A stretch of 64,000 bases of DNA from Lama guanicoe (lineage: Eukaryota), in the NCBI GenBank assembly GCA_013239625.1, contig MU054212.1:2666001-2730000 (forward strand), given 5' to 3'. A model generated the notes under the pieces. That model did not search any database. It had not been told where the DNA came from and saw only the letters and a program-made list of their open reading frames with translations. Below, piece by piece: positions 52,061-64,000 of this stretch. Numbering within the stretch: the stretch's first letter is position 1; each line of letters opens with the position of its first letter. The translations under genes were made by a program, and so were the position numbers.

Positions 52061-53911
52061 AAGAGGAGGCAATAGTGTATGGCATTAGATCTTGTCTTGT
52101 TTAACTGGATGAGGTATAATAACATAGAACGATATCTGCCTATTTTTTTAGGAGTTTAATATGCTTTTATTAACATTCTTCTACTTTTATATGTGTGAAA
52201 GAACATTTTGAGGTGGCAGAAGATACTATAGGCTTTTTGAGGTTGCCTTTCCCATTTCTTTTCTCTTTTGTGAAAAATTACAGACCAAAATTATTTTCTT
52301 CTGGTTGTGATAGTGCTATCAGTGTCCTCTCAGCAAAACAACTTCCACTAAGAAATTGGACACAAAACGTCCATAGTGGTATTTTGAAGGCTTTTGCATT
52401 GCATTCTGCTTTCTGGTGGGCTGCTTGTAAACAGGAGATGCTGTGTACAAAAAGGACAATTAGCTCAGTCAGAAAGTTTTTTTTGTTTGTAAATTTTCCC
52501 TTGAGTAAATTTTCTTTTGTGCTTGTCAGTACGTCTGGGATGAATAAGGGAAGCTGTATGGTGTTTAAACACCAGGGGGTGCCAGAGATCTGTTTTATTC
52601 TTCATGTCTCAGAATCAGTTACAAATACTACAGTACCTCTGCATGTCTGTATAGTTAACCCAATTTAAACTGACCGGCTATTTGATGATAATAAGGAATT
52701 ATTGTTAATTTTTTGAAGAGGTGATAATGCCTTATGGTTAAGGTCTTTTTTTTTGAAGAGTCCTTATATCTTAGAAATAATATTTATGGATGAATAATGC
52801 ATGCATTTATATATATTAATTAGTGAAGGTATTTTAGCAGCCAGGTGTTGAGTGTTATTTTTGAAAATTTGCTTTAAAAGACACTTTTAGAACGTAATAT
52901 AGGAAAAGATTACATGCTATTTGCACCAATAGCATTACCCCACCAACTTTAAAATCCTGTTTTTTCATATTGCAGGAATCAGATTTTCTGATATAGATTA
53001 AAAATGTGCTCTACCGTGCTTCAAATGTAATTAATTGTTTCATCAGGTATTTATTGAGTGTCCTTATATGTACAAGTGTATCAATAATATAGACTCATTA
53101 TATGATATATGACAATATAGATGGTTAACTGTTCCACGTAAGGACTTAGAAAACAGTCTCTGGTGACAAAAACTTGGAAAGACAGGGTTCAGGGGAGAAG
53201 CATCCCTGTGAGCTGTGCCCAGATTAACTCTAAATCTAGGGTTAAAATTCAACAAAAAAACCTTCTTGGAGGAGTTGCCTTGTGCACAGTCTTGTTAGCA
53301 ATTAGATTTTTAAACATTCCTCACAGTGAAATTACATGAATGAAGGCTTAGCGATAAGATTGTGAAGTCTTCCTTAGTTCTTAGCCAGATTTTGTCATAG
53401 TAAAATGTTATTTAGGAAAAATTATGTATATGCTCACAGACAGAGTGAACTGGGAAGGAAAGACCTTAGAGGTAGATACACCATGAACCAAAGGTTAAGT
53501 TACCATGGCAAGAGATCCCACATATCTTACTTACATGTCATGGGCATTCTCAAGAAGGATCAAAGCCAAGAGATAGTGATAATGCTGTGATACAATTTAT
53601 AATAATAATTTACTAACAGGGTTAATAATTTAATTGAGAATGTACAAACAGTAAATGGGTAGTAGATACTTTTGGAACAATTTCTAAATAAATATTTGCT
53701 AGTATAATATAGATCAACAATTTCAGGATTACCCAGAGATCTCGTTAAAATTTTTGATTGTGAGACTTATCCAAAATGAAATCTCTGGAGCCTGGACCTG
53801 GGCAGGAAACTGTATTTTTAAAATCCTCATAATATTTCTGATGTTTTCATAATTTTCATAATATTATGATCTTCATAATATTTCTTATAGGTTTAGGACT
53901 GTAGGTATAGA

Positions 53912-54950
53912 CCAGCAGGTCTCAAAATGTGGTCTACAGAAAATAGTTTTGAAACTGAGACTCTTTCAGGGATTTGCAAGGTCAAAACAATTTTTATAAT
54001 AAAAATAATAACTGTATGAGTTGCCCCTTTTCAGTATATTATTTGTGTTAATGGTTCAAAACCACAGTGGTAAAGCTGCTGGCACGTTAACATTGATCAA
54101 GGTGGGGCATGAAATCCTACTAGTAGCCATTTTTTCTTTATCCTAACACACTCGAAGTAAATACAAAGAAAGAAAAGCTGTTTTTAAATGTTTTTAATGA
54201 GATATAGTACACATTATTATTTTTATTCAGTCTTGATCCTTGAATATACACTTTTTTTTAACTATTCTGTATGACAAAGTGGGAAGTTTGCATAAAGCTC
54301 TCTTGTTGCATGTCAAAGTGACATGGTTGTCACAAACAAGTACTTGTGCTTGTGTTTCAGTTACTAGAGCTGAACTAACCACCTTTTTCATGGAGCATCA
54401 CTTACTTGAAAGAACAAAGAACAACTAGCGACTAGAGTTGTTTAGACCTAAAAATTGGCCAGACATTTTCATGAAAATGAAAAAAATGACCCTGTCACTT
54501 AAGGGAAAACAATGGACAGTATTTTTTGCCAGTGATAAAGTTTGAGCATTTCAAGCAGAAATTAAAATTTTGGAAAACTTGTATCCACTATCATGAGATT
54601 AATTTCCCAATACTTAGATTGTCTGATTAGATTGGTAGTGATATTAACATGTGATTTTGGATTATGTATGAGTCTAAATTTGAAACATCTATATATCTCA
54701 GTAAACTAATATTTTCCAGATTACCAATACATAATGTTACAAAACCACGCATCAGTAAAAGAGCCACTCAAAGTAAAGAGGACCAGTACATTTTAAAGAG
54801 ATTTGCCAAAGTAGAAAACAATGCCACTCTTTTGACTAATTATGTTTTTTAATTTTGATGTTAGTTTTCATTAAAATGTGACTTATATTAACATGTAATA
54901 GTTTTATTATTTTTCAGAGAATAAATAATACTCATTTTTAGTTTCTTACA
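53912..54950. mobile_element. hAT-Charlie-like DNA transposon fragment
   Basis: cagcaggtctcaaaatgtggtc start; gagctgaactaaccacctttttcatggagcatc; shares sequence type with 39650-40780. Confidence 0.5.
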
Positions 54951-57878
54951 CAGTTTTCGTTTAAAATCACAATAGGTGTAGTTTTCACCTCCATGTGATG
55001 GATAAGGGGATTGCAGAATAGAGATGGAAAGAAACTTGTCAGTCATTCTTTTAAAAATTATCAGAACAGGGACTAAAACCTTGGTCTCTTTAACTCTAGA
55101 ATTGATACTGTTAATTTTTATAGCTCAATATTTTTCCAAGTGTGGGCCATAGAATATTTGCATCATGATCACCTAAGTGTGTTTGTTAAGAAACTTAGGG
55201 TTTGTGGTCTCCATTGTAGACTCACTGAGTGAGAATCATGTATGTTATGTGGGTGTGTGTTTGATTATGGGACCTGAATTTTAAATATACTCCTAAGCGG
55301 TTCCTAAAATCACTGAAGTTTGAGAAATACTGCAGTAGACTATGTGTTTGTGGTAAAAAGAGGAAAGGGAATTTCCCATGGGGAAAAATAACTTTTAAAA
55401 AAAGGCATAGAAGGAGAAATAAGCAGGGTGTTGTGTGAGTTTATATACTGCCTGTGGCAAGATAGAAAGGTTATGCTCAAGGGTGGTTAAAAAAAAAAAA
55501 AAGAGACTATTGAAGGCAAATTTATTTTACTAAATATTAGTGATCTAAGGGGAAACCTTGATCTTCTTAAAATAAAAATACTTGTTGTTTACACTTTTTA
55601 AGCAGATTATTTATTTAGATTAACAAATTATAATCTAAGGCACAAAGCTTAAGATAGCATATTTCCACATGTTCTGGTAAACTTTCAAAATTTTTTACCA
55701 GTTTAAATGGTGAAAAAATATGTCTTATATTTTTCTTATGAGTAGAGTTAAAACATCTCTGAGTCATTTTAATTTTTTTGTTAACTGAAGATTTACTTGT
55801 CCAGTTTCCATTGGATTATAGATCTTTTCTCTAAGTTATTTGTAGGACCTCTTTATGTATTAAGGCAACTGCTTTTTCCATGATATGAATTGCTTCCTTC
55901 AATTCTTAGTCTAAGATATAAGGGGTGTTATTGTCCCTGTTTTACTGATAATGCAGGTCTGGAGAGGTCAATTAATTTGCTTTATTTCATGTAGATACCA
56001 AGTGGCAGAGCTGGAATTCCCCAGTAGGCAGTTTGACTCACCATTTTTACTTGCCATTCTTCTACTTCCCACTGCATTGTCGTAGACAGCACACATTCTG
56101 AGCCCATAGAAATGCCTCAACTATTTGAGTGTCATATATGTACTCTTCCGCTAGGAATGATAGGTAATGAAGATGATTAATATGATCAATAAAATTAATC
56201 TGGTTGGAGTTTAAGGCAAATGTTGATTATTAGACTAGAAGACAGACTAAGACCTACCAAAACAGACAATATATGCTCTCAGAAGCTCAAAAGTTGTAGC
56301 AATTGGACACATGCTTTAAAAATATAAAAACAATTTAAACCAATGTTTCCAAAGTAGGCATTTGAAGGACGTCTGGAATTTGATTAAAGCATTGACAGCT
56401 GAAGGATAATAAAGCAAGAGGAGTTGAAAACTAGAACAGGAAAGGGGAAACAGCCTGTGAAAGGCCAGAATCAGTAGGAGCTATTTGATGGTGAGTAGTG
56501 ATGGGGAAGAGTGCTAAGTTAAGGCCATCACCTGGAAGGCCTTGACCATCAGGTTGAGTTCATGGGATCATGAAATGTTTTTGAGTGGGAAAGTAATGTG
56601 ATTTTCTCTACTTCACAAGAATTAGTCTGATGCTATTATAGATCTTAAAAGGATAGAAGAGATTTTAGAAGGCAGGCACAAGCAGTGGTTAACTTTATTA
56701 AAAGCTAAAGAATTAGCTCTGTTTCAGAAGCCAGAATGCAAGGCATTAATAATAATTGGGTAGTCATACTTCAATTTTGCATAGTAACCTCTTACGCCAC
56801 TATAGAATCTTGAGTTGGAAGCCTTTTTCTATTGAGGCACTATTAAATTTCCTTTTGCTTATCTTTTAAAACAAAACAAAACAGGTTATCTTTCACAGCA
56901 CCTTCATCAAAAGACACTGCATTAGACCAAAAGACTTGAGGACATGATTTGGAGATTCCCACTTTCTTATCCTTTAATACGAAAACCAGCCCCGAATCAC
57001 AAATACGCCTCAGCATCAAAGCCTTTATTACTACTGCTCTGGCCTGTCTTAGCCTTATGTATAATGCTGCTTCAACACCGTGTTGTCTTTGCTTTCCTTT
57101 GGTCTGCCTCCTTTCTTCGAGCAAGTTTTAAACGGTTCGGGTGCTGTTTATTGTGGCACCTCTCCTCTTCCCTCAGTAGGGGTCTTCCTCACTCCTGCTG
57201 CCCCTGTAACCATAGCAACTGGCAGCTGTGCTAGAGGGAGCTGTGATCAGCTTGGGGCCAAATAGGAGGAGGGAGGGCAGGCAAGAGCAAACCTTATTGG
57301 GCGGTTAGCTCCCTGCTTATCTCAGAGAAGTGCTGCAAGAAGATTCTAAAAGATGTGGGACAGTCTCTTCATTGATGAACTCTGTTCAGTTCTCGTACTG
57401 TGCATGGTATTGGTAGTAAGGAGGCCTCGTGCCGGTCTCTCCAGTCTTTGTGTGGAATCTCAACAGGGGCTATGTGGAAACTTGCCTATGGATGCAGGAT
57501 GCTGTAAACTGTGTGTACCTGACACACAGCTGAGGTTGTAAACAGTCAGTGTTGTGTGTGTGTGTGTGTGTGTGTAAAGGCCATGTGCTGTGTACCTTAA
57601 ACAATTCTGATCTTCTTTTTTATGGAAAGAATGAGGTTGTATGTCTAAACTTCATCATATTTTCTATCTCCAGTTTTCTTTTCTCTGAATGTTTAATTTA
57701 CGTATTTTTTAATATCACTAATCATTTGATTAGGTAATCCTTGTACATAGTGCAACATTCAAAATGTAGGAAAGAGTATAATATGGTATAAACCAAGGCT
57801 TCCTAGCCCTACTTCCCTGTTTCCCCCTCCAGAGAAGGGAGAGTTTCTCATGTGTCCAGACACAAGTTATGCCCATAT

Positions 57879-57880
<2 letters not shown>

Positions 57881-57912
<32 letters not shown>
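57881..57912. repeat. (GT)n microsatellite
   Basis: About 16 GT units; a shorter run lies at 57554-57575. Confidence 0.85.
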
Positions 57913-57915
<3 letters not shown>

Positions 57916-58149
57916 AAGGTGAGTCTGTTCTGCACCTTGTTTTGTTTTTCCCTATTTCACAATGTACCTTGACAGTTGTTCTGTATCAGGCCAAAGAGAG
58001 CTGCCTCGTTCTTTTAAGTGGCTGGGAGTGACCTTAGAAAGTACCTAAGTTGTACATTTTTCAGAGGAAGAAAAATTGGAGTCCTAAAGGTATTAACTAA
58101 TTGGTTAGGATTCTGTTTTGGTATTAAGTGACTTTTCATTGATACGTAG

Positions 58150-59475
58150 TTGGCGTTTTTTTTTTTTTAATCCAGTCACCTGCTGAAGGACGTCTTGGTT
58201 GTTTCCAGGTTTTGGCAGTCATGAGTTAAGCTGCTGTAAACATCCATTTACAGGTTTTTGTGTGAACATAAATCTTCCTTGGGTAAATACCAAAGAGCGT
58301 AACTGCTGGATCGTGTGGTTAAGAGTGTGTTCAGTTTCGTAACAAACTGCCGCACTGTCTTACAGCAATAACGTCCCACAGTCCTGTCAGCAGTGAGAGA
58401 GAGTTCCTTTTGCTCCTCACCATCATCAGCATTTAGCGCTGGCAATGTTCTGGATTTGGGCCATTCTTATGAGTATGGGGAGGTGTCTTGTTTTAATTTG
58501 CATTTCCTTGATGACATAGGACGTGGAGCATCTTTTCATAAGCTCGCTTGCCGTCTACGTATCTTTTTTGATGAGCTATCTAGTAGGCCTTTGGCCCATT
58601 TTTTAATCGGTTTGTTTTCCTGTTGCATTTTAAGAATTCTTTTATATTTGGATAACAATCCTTCATCAGATATGTCTTTTGCAAATATTTTCTCCCAATC
58701 TGTGGCTTATCTTTTCATTCTCTTGATACTTAGTTATTTTAAAAGATCTGAGTAAAAATTATTTTTAAAGGTTTTTTTTACTCAGATCTTGGTCTGTCTT
58801 TAGGTCTATGATTTCTACCATTCTTACACTTTAGGTTTTAAGTGTTTAGGTGTTTCTGGAATACTGTTATATTTATATAGGTGGCAAATTGATTCTTAGA
58901 ACTATTCTCAGCATCCCATACCCCTGGCAATACCTCTGTGACATTTGATAAGGTGGAGTCGATTTTCAAAGAGTTTCTTTATATTGCATGTTTCATTTGG
59001 TTGAATTGAGATATTAATGTAAAAAGTTTTTCTTTTCCCCATTGCAGATGTTATATAAGTTAAGTCTTTTAATGTTAGTTTTTTAAATAGACTGTTCAGA
59101 TATGTGCTTTGTTCACATTTTCTCCCACTTGGTATCTTTTCATCCTCTTAGGATCTTTCACTGAGCAAAGGTTCTCCATTTCGACGAGGTTGTTTTCCTT
59201 TGGTGGATCCAGCTCTTAGTGTCAAGTCTAAGAACACTTCTCCCAACCTTAGATCCCAGAGACCTTCTTTTTTCCCTAAATGTTTTATGATTTTGCATTT
59301 TTGTATATACTTTTTTTTTAATAATCTGATTCACTTTGAAATTTTCATTGTATAAGGTGAAGTGTTGCGTTGAGGGTCATTGTTTTGCCTGTCAGTGTCC
59401 AGATTTTCCAGGATCATTTATCAGAAAGACTATCTTCCTCCATTAAATTGCTTTGGTACATTGTCAAAAATAGTA
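58150..59475 (-). mobile_element. Old antisense L1M fragments
   Basis: Antisense ORF2 C-terminal text (ttggataacaatccttcatcagatatgtcttttgcaaatattttctcccaatc; ctatcttcctccattaaattgcttt). Confidence 0.65.
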
Positions 59476-59477
59476 GG

Positions 59478-59730
59478 ATTTGGGGATTAACATGCACACA
59501 TTACTGTACATAAAACAGATAAACAGCAAGGTCCTACTGTATAGCACAGGGAACTATATTTAATGTCTTGTAGTAACCTATAATGAAAAAGAATCGAAAA
59601 AAGACTGTGTGTGTATATACATATATATATACACACACGTATATGTGTATGTATAACTGAATCACATTGCTGTACACCTGAAACTAACACATTATAAATC
59701 AACTATACTTCAATTAAAAGTAAAAGTTTC
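59478..59730 (+). mobile_element. Cetartiodactyl-type L1 3' end
   Basis: tttggggattaacatgcacacattactgtacataaaacagataaacagcaaggtcctactgtatagcacagggaactatatt...ctatacttcaattaaaa. Confidence 0.75.
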
Positions 59731-61009
59731 TTCTTTTGAATAAATAAATAAACAGACACTGTTCAGACTGTAAGACCATTGTTCATTCTCTTCACTTAGA
59801 ATGAGCTTAGAGCTGCTATGTCTAGCACTTCACTTTCTTCCCTTTAGTTTGAGCCTCTTACACATGTGTGAGTGTGGGCTCTTTGCCCCTCACCCCTCAT
59901 GTGCTGCTCTTTAAAGTTGAACACCAGAGACCTTCATATCTTAAGTGCTTGACAGTTATAATTTATTTCTGTTTTCCTTGCACAAATGCATTACCACGGG
60001 GAGGTTCATAATTTAAATCTTTTGACATAAGACCACTTGATATATCATTTGGCCCATGCAATAAAGTGAAACAATATCTTTTTAAAATGTATAATCATGT
60101 CTGTGTGAATTATGTTATCCATTGGTACGTGAGTTATGATCAGTAACATGCTTGTTATTACATATGGTGTTAAGGATGCTGTGAGGGAATTTTAGTATTT
60201 CTTTTCTCTCTCTCGTCTCTCTCCTTAAACATATATATATACTCATCTTGGTACTGTACCCATGTAGTAATTCTATTAGATAAAAAACTGTTTAATTTTG
60301 CTGGCACAATGCAAGGAGCTCAAGCATACTTTGTGTTTTATATGTATGTCTTTTACCTGTGTGTGTGCACATACAGTTTTTTATTTTAAATGTAGGCCCT
60401 TTGCAACCATGTGCTCAAGGATGTGGTTTAAAGAATTCAGTTGGTGCAGATGGAGCACACCAAAAGTCTGCAGCAGAAAAACAAAGCTAGTTTTAACCAT
60501 TTGTTTCACAATAGCTAGTCAAGTAAGCTTCTTCTCAAGGGTCTTTATGTGGGTACGGACCTTTTAGGATCAGGGTATTTCTCCTGCTCTCAGTGAAACG
60601 ATTGAGTGCACTGGGGATATCTGAGGGGTTTTTCATCATATTGGATGAAAACAAAGAAGTCTGTTTTCATTTCTTTGTCTTTCATTGCCGGGGATTTGTG
60701 GATAACTTAGTATAACTTCCAGACCTCCTTGGTGTATCTTACTAAATAAACTGAGAGAGGGAGAGATGGGCACTAGAAGACTGAGTTGCTTCTGATTCAT
60801 CTTTCTGATATTGAATGTACCCAGTGGGTAGAGACACCAGTTAATTTCAAAGGCTTACAGGGAAAGATAGCCATTCCTTAGTTCTTCTCTTTCTTGGATG
60901 AATTGAGTAAAATAGCCCTTCGTTATAAGGTGAGAGCTGTAATTTTTTTGCTCTCTTTAAATCTCTCATTTTACCACCACCACCAAAAACTATCTGTCTT
61001 TTCTATTAG

Positions 61010-61179
61010 AGATGAGGATGACATCAATGATGTGACTGCCATGGCAGGGGTCAGCCTCAGTGAAGAAAATGCCTGCATCTTAGCAACAAACTCTGAACTG
61101 GTTGGCTCACTCGTTCAGTCATGTAAAGATGAACCGTTCCTTTTCATTGGAGCTCTACAAAAAAGAATTTTAGACATCG
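61010..61179 (+). CDS. TAF4B: TAF4B coding exon 10 (conserved region leading into the histone fold)
   Basis: ctattag|A GAT GAG GAT...GAC ATC G|gtaagt; DEDDINDVTAMAGVSLSEENACILATNSELVGSLVQSCKDEPFLFIGALQKRILDI, 170 nt. Later exons were not found in the window. Confidence 0.96.
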
Positions 61180-62575
61180 GTAAGTATGATTATTGACCTG
61201 ATAGGACTGCTGTTCCAAAGAAAATATTAAAAGAGACAGCCTGGGTTGGTTTTTCTGGAAACTCTGAGGCTCAGAAAAGGTTCTGGAAGTAATAAAGATT
61301 TCATGGGTGTTGCAGAAAAAGTGTTTTATTTTAAAAACTATTAACATAACTTAAATCATATAACCTATGGTTTCTGGTGTAGATAATAGTAGTTAATATT
61401 TTATTCATCTTAAGGAAGAATAGATGTGTATATTTTCAAATGAATATATACTTGTCATAAACTTTTTTTTCCCTGTCCTGTTCTTCTTTGATTGGCCTTT
61501 AGGCATGTATGTGTGCAAATGCACACTTAGATTACGAATTTGTGTTTATGAAATACGGAAACAACCAATGAGAGGAAGTCCCCTTCTCATCTCAGCCCTG
61601 AAGTTCAGACCCACCCTTTCCATAAAAGAACTGAACTAGAATTCAGAGTTCTCTCTGGCCTGGAGTAGTTGTTAGGTAACTGAAGTGTGTGAAAGGAAGT
61701 GGAAGAGAACATACCAGTTTTATTCTGGAGCCAGCTTTTTTGTTGTTGTTTAATACCAAACTCACAGTACTGACTGAAAAAGAGAGGCAGATTGCATAGA
61801 GATTGTTGCGTGTGACTTGTCTCGTTTCTTGTGTCCTGACACCAGCTCTCTTCCTTCACCCATGTCAAATCGGGGGGTCAGTACCCGTGGCCTTTTAGAA
61901 TGCTTGAGTAAGAACCTTTACATTCTGTGTTGAGGGCCTAATGTGACGATGTGTAGGTTTCAGATTGTTGATACATCCCTGGTATGTTTAAGGACTGCAG
62001 AGTGCATTACTGTTACATATTCTAAGTCGGCTTCACAATTACTCAATAAAGAAGTGTTTGAGCTCCTACATGTTATACAGATATGTTATACAAATTATCA
62101 CCCTTTTTCATCTCTAAGTTGGGTATATGTTATCTTGAAAAACTAGAATTTACAAGTAGTTGAAAAGGATAGGAATTCAGAAGAGCTCATTGTAACACGC
62201 CTGTTTGCTCCTTGCCTGTGTTCTGTTTGACTTCTCTCCAGCCCTCCCTCCTCCTTCTTCCCTCCCTTTTGTTCTTTTTCATTTTCTTCTTTGCATTGCG
62301 TTTTGTACTGTACAGGAGGCGGTTCCTTAACTTTGGAACAAGCTTAAGAACTACACCTTTCTGTGATGGCTTGGGAAATTTACTATTAGCTCCTTCAGCC
62401 ATATAATTATTTAGAATTCTAGTAGAGTAGACATAGATACATACTTTTATCAATTTCCTGCCCCCCTTCTAAATTTTATTTCTAACTTGATTTAAACATT
62501 GATGAAGTGATAGGCAAACCTTTAGTATTGAAAGAGCATTTTCAATTATTTAGTACAGGGATTGACAATTTTTTC

Positions 62576-62760
62576 TCCTGTAAAGGGCCAGATAGTAAAC
62601 ATTTGCCAGTTTGTGGGTCATATGGTCTGTGTCACAACTTCTCACCTCTGCTGTTATATTATAAAAGCAACTGTTGACAATATGCAACAAATGGGAAAAA
62701 CTGTCTTCCCATCAAACTTTCAGTATAAAAAGAGGCCCAATTTAATTTGCCAACCTCTGC
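62576..62760. mobile_element. MER58-like hAT MITE
   Basis: cagggattgacaattttttctcctgtaaagggccagatagtaaac...tttgccaacctctg with inverted ends. Confidence 0.65.
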
Positions 62761-64000
62761 TTTCAAAGAGAATTCTGGGGACAATTTGTATTTTTCAGTT
62801 CTTAATAATAAAACACAAACTTGTCATTTAATGTGATGGAAAATTCCAAAACTTACTTCTAAATTATCTAAGTATTAAAACAAAAACATAGAGTGAATGG
62901 AGAGTTACATATTTCTAGGAATGTTTTTCATTTATAATAAAATTCCATGCTTACAGAACAGGTCCGTTTCTTAATAACAGGAATTATAAGTTAACCCAAA
63001 GAGTTTGGGGAGGAAGATTTTCTTACTTGAATAATGATAGGGCAGTAAATGTGCCAATATTCTTCCTTTTTTGCTAATTATAATTACCTAAATTAAATTA
63101 CACAGACATTCTGTGAAAATCATGTAGTAAGGTTGCAAACACCAGCTAGATCTCCTTAATCAGTAAATGGTGACTTTATTAAAAGAGAGTGTTTTACTTC
63201 AAAGTGTGACTTTAACTCTGTAACTCTGTCATATTTTATTATCAGTTTAGTGAAGATATTAGAACATTTAATTGTTCACTGAGCCCTGAAATTGCAACTC
63301 CCAACCCTCGTTTATTTCTAATATTTTAAAAATACAGATTTCCCTCTTATATAGTGTTCTGTTTTATAAATACATATGAAATTATTTTCAAAGTTTCCCC
63401 CCAAACAGTAAGTATCTTAAATGCTCATTTTCTTTAAGTGTGAACTGACATGTCATTCTCTCCCTACCCTGTGTTTAATTATAACTTTGATCATTGGATT
63501 GAAATTGGACTATTCCTTCTATAGATGGCTCCCACTTTTTGTTTATGCTGACGTTTTAGTAAAGCAGTTTTGACCTTGCAGTGTTTTTCCCCTCCCTGAA
63601 TCGTAACTTGGTGATGAATTCAGTTTTGCTACCAAGTAATGAACTACATTTTGAAGGTTTGGTATAGGAGAAACTGAATCATTTTTTATCTTTTTTTCTG
63701 TCCAGTTTACCCACTTTTTGAACTAAAGTTTAACATTTATTATGGAATAATGTCAAAGAATGTATTTAAAATTTGTTGGCTTTTAATTAAAGCTTATTTT
63801 TGCTATACTCATGTACACTTTGATAAGTATATGAGTATGTTTCAGATAGAATACAAAATCAAATAATATTTTTTTCCAAACAATATTTTAAAAATTATTT
63901 GTACATGCATACCTTAAAAACAAGCACAACAGCACTATTAAAAGCTATTTAAATTAGATTACCTAATTTCCTGTATCTTTAGATTTAGGTCTCTGATTTT

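Noticed and set aside
52195..52668. 157-aa ORF in intron 9
   Set aside because: Non-ATG start, no recognisable domain and no supporting splice sites.
56843..57124. 93-aa minus-strand ORF with FVLKDK twice
   Set aside because: TTG start; the repeat reflects a short imperfect nucleotide duplication; no homology recognised.
59026..59066. Strong acceptor-like tract ttttccccattgcag followed by ATG
   Set aside because: No convincing donor or TAF4B-like peptide, and exons 9 and 10 already join in frame.

Overview
Mammalian genomic DNA, most likely camelid: it has short tRNA-derived SINEs of the camelid vic-1 type and cetartiodactyl-type L1 3' ends, and I saw no Alu, BovB or PRE1. On the + strand are the last four coding exons of PSMA8 (germline proteasome subunit alpha4s; 226-4464), a ~16 kb repeat-rich spacer, and the CpG-island promoter plus coding exons 1-10 of TAF4B (21909-61179; the gene continues past the window). 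All exons splice into continuous frames. The rest is mostly L1, L2/MIR, ERVL/MaLR LTR and Tigger/Charlie relics. Best lead: a decayed antisense coding-like segment in TAF4B intron 1 (~24357-24890) whose translation resembles bornavirus phosphoprotein P (candidate EBLP; judged by eye, unverified). Other points: a GC-AG intron in PSMA8, an in-frame uORF and a dense motif cluster at the TAF4B promoter, an LTR-borne CTCF motif between the genes, a +5 aa alternative acceptor, and an RFX/MYB/CCAAT cluster in intron 9. Repeat family names and boundaries are approximate and recognised from memory.
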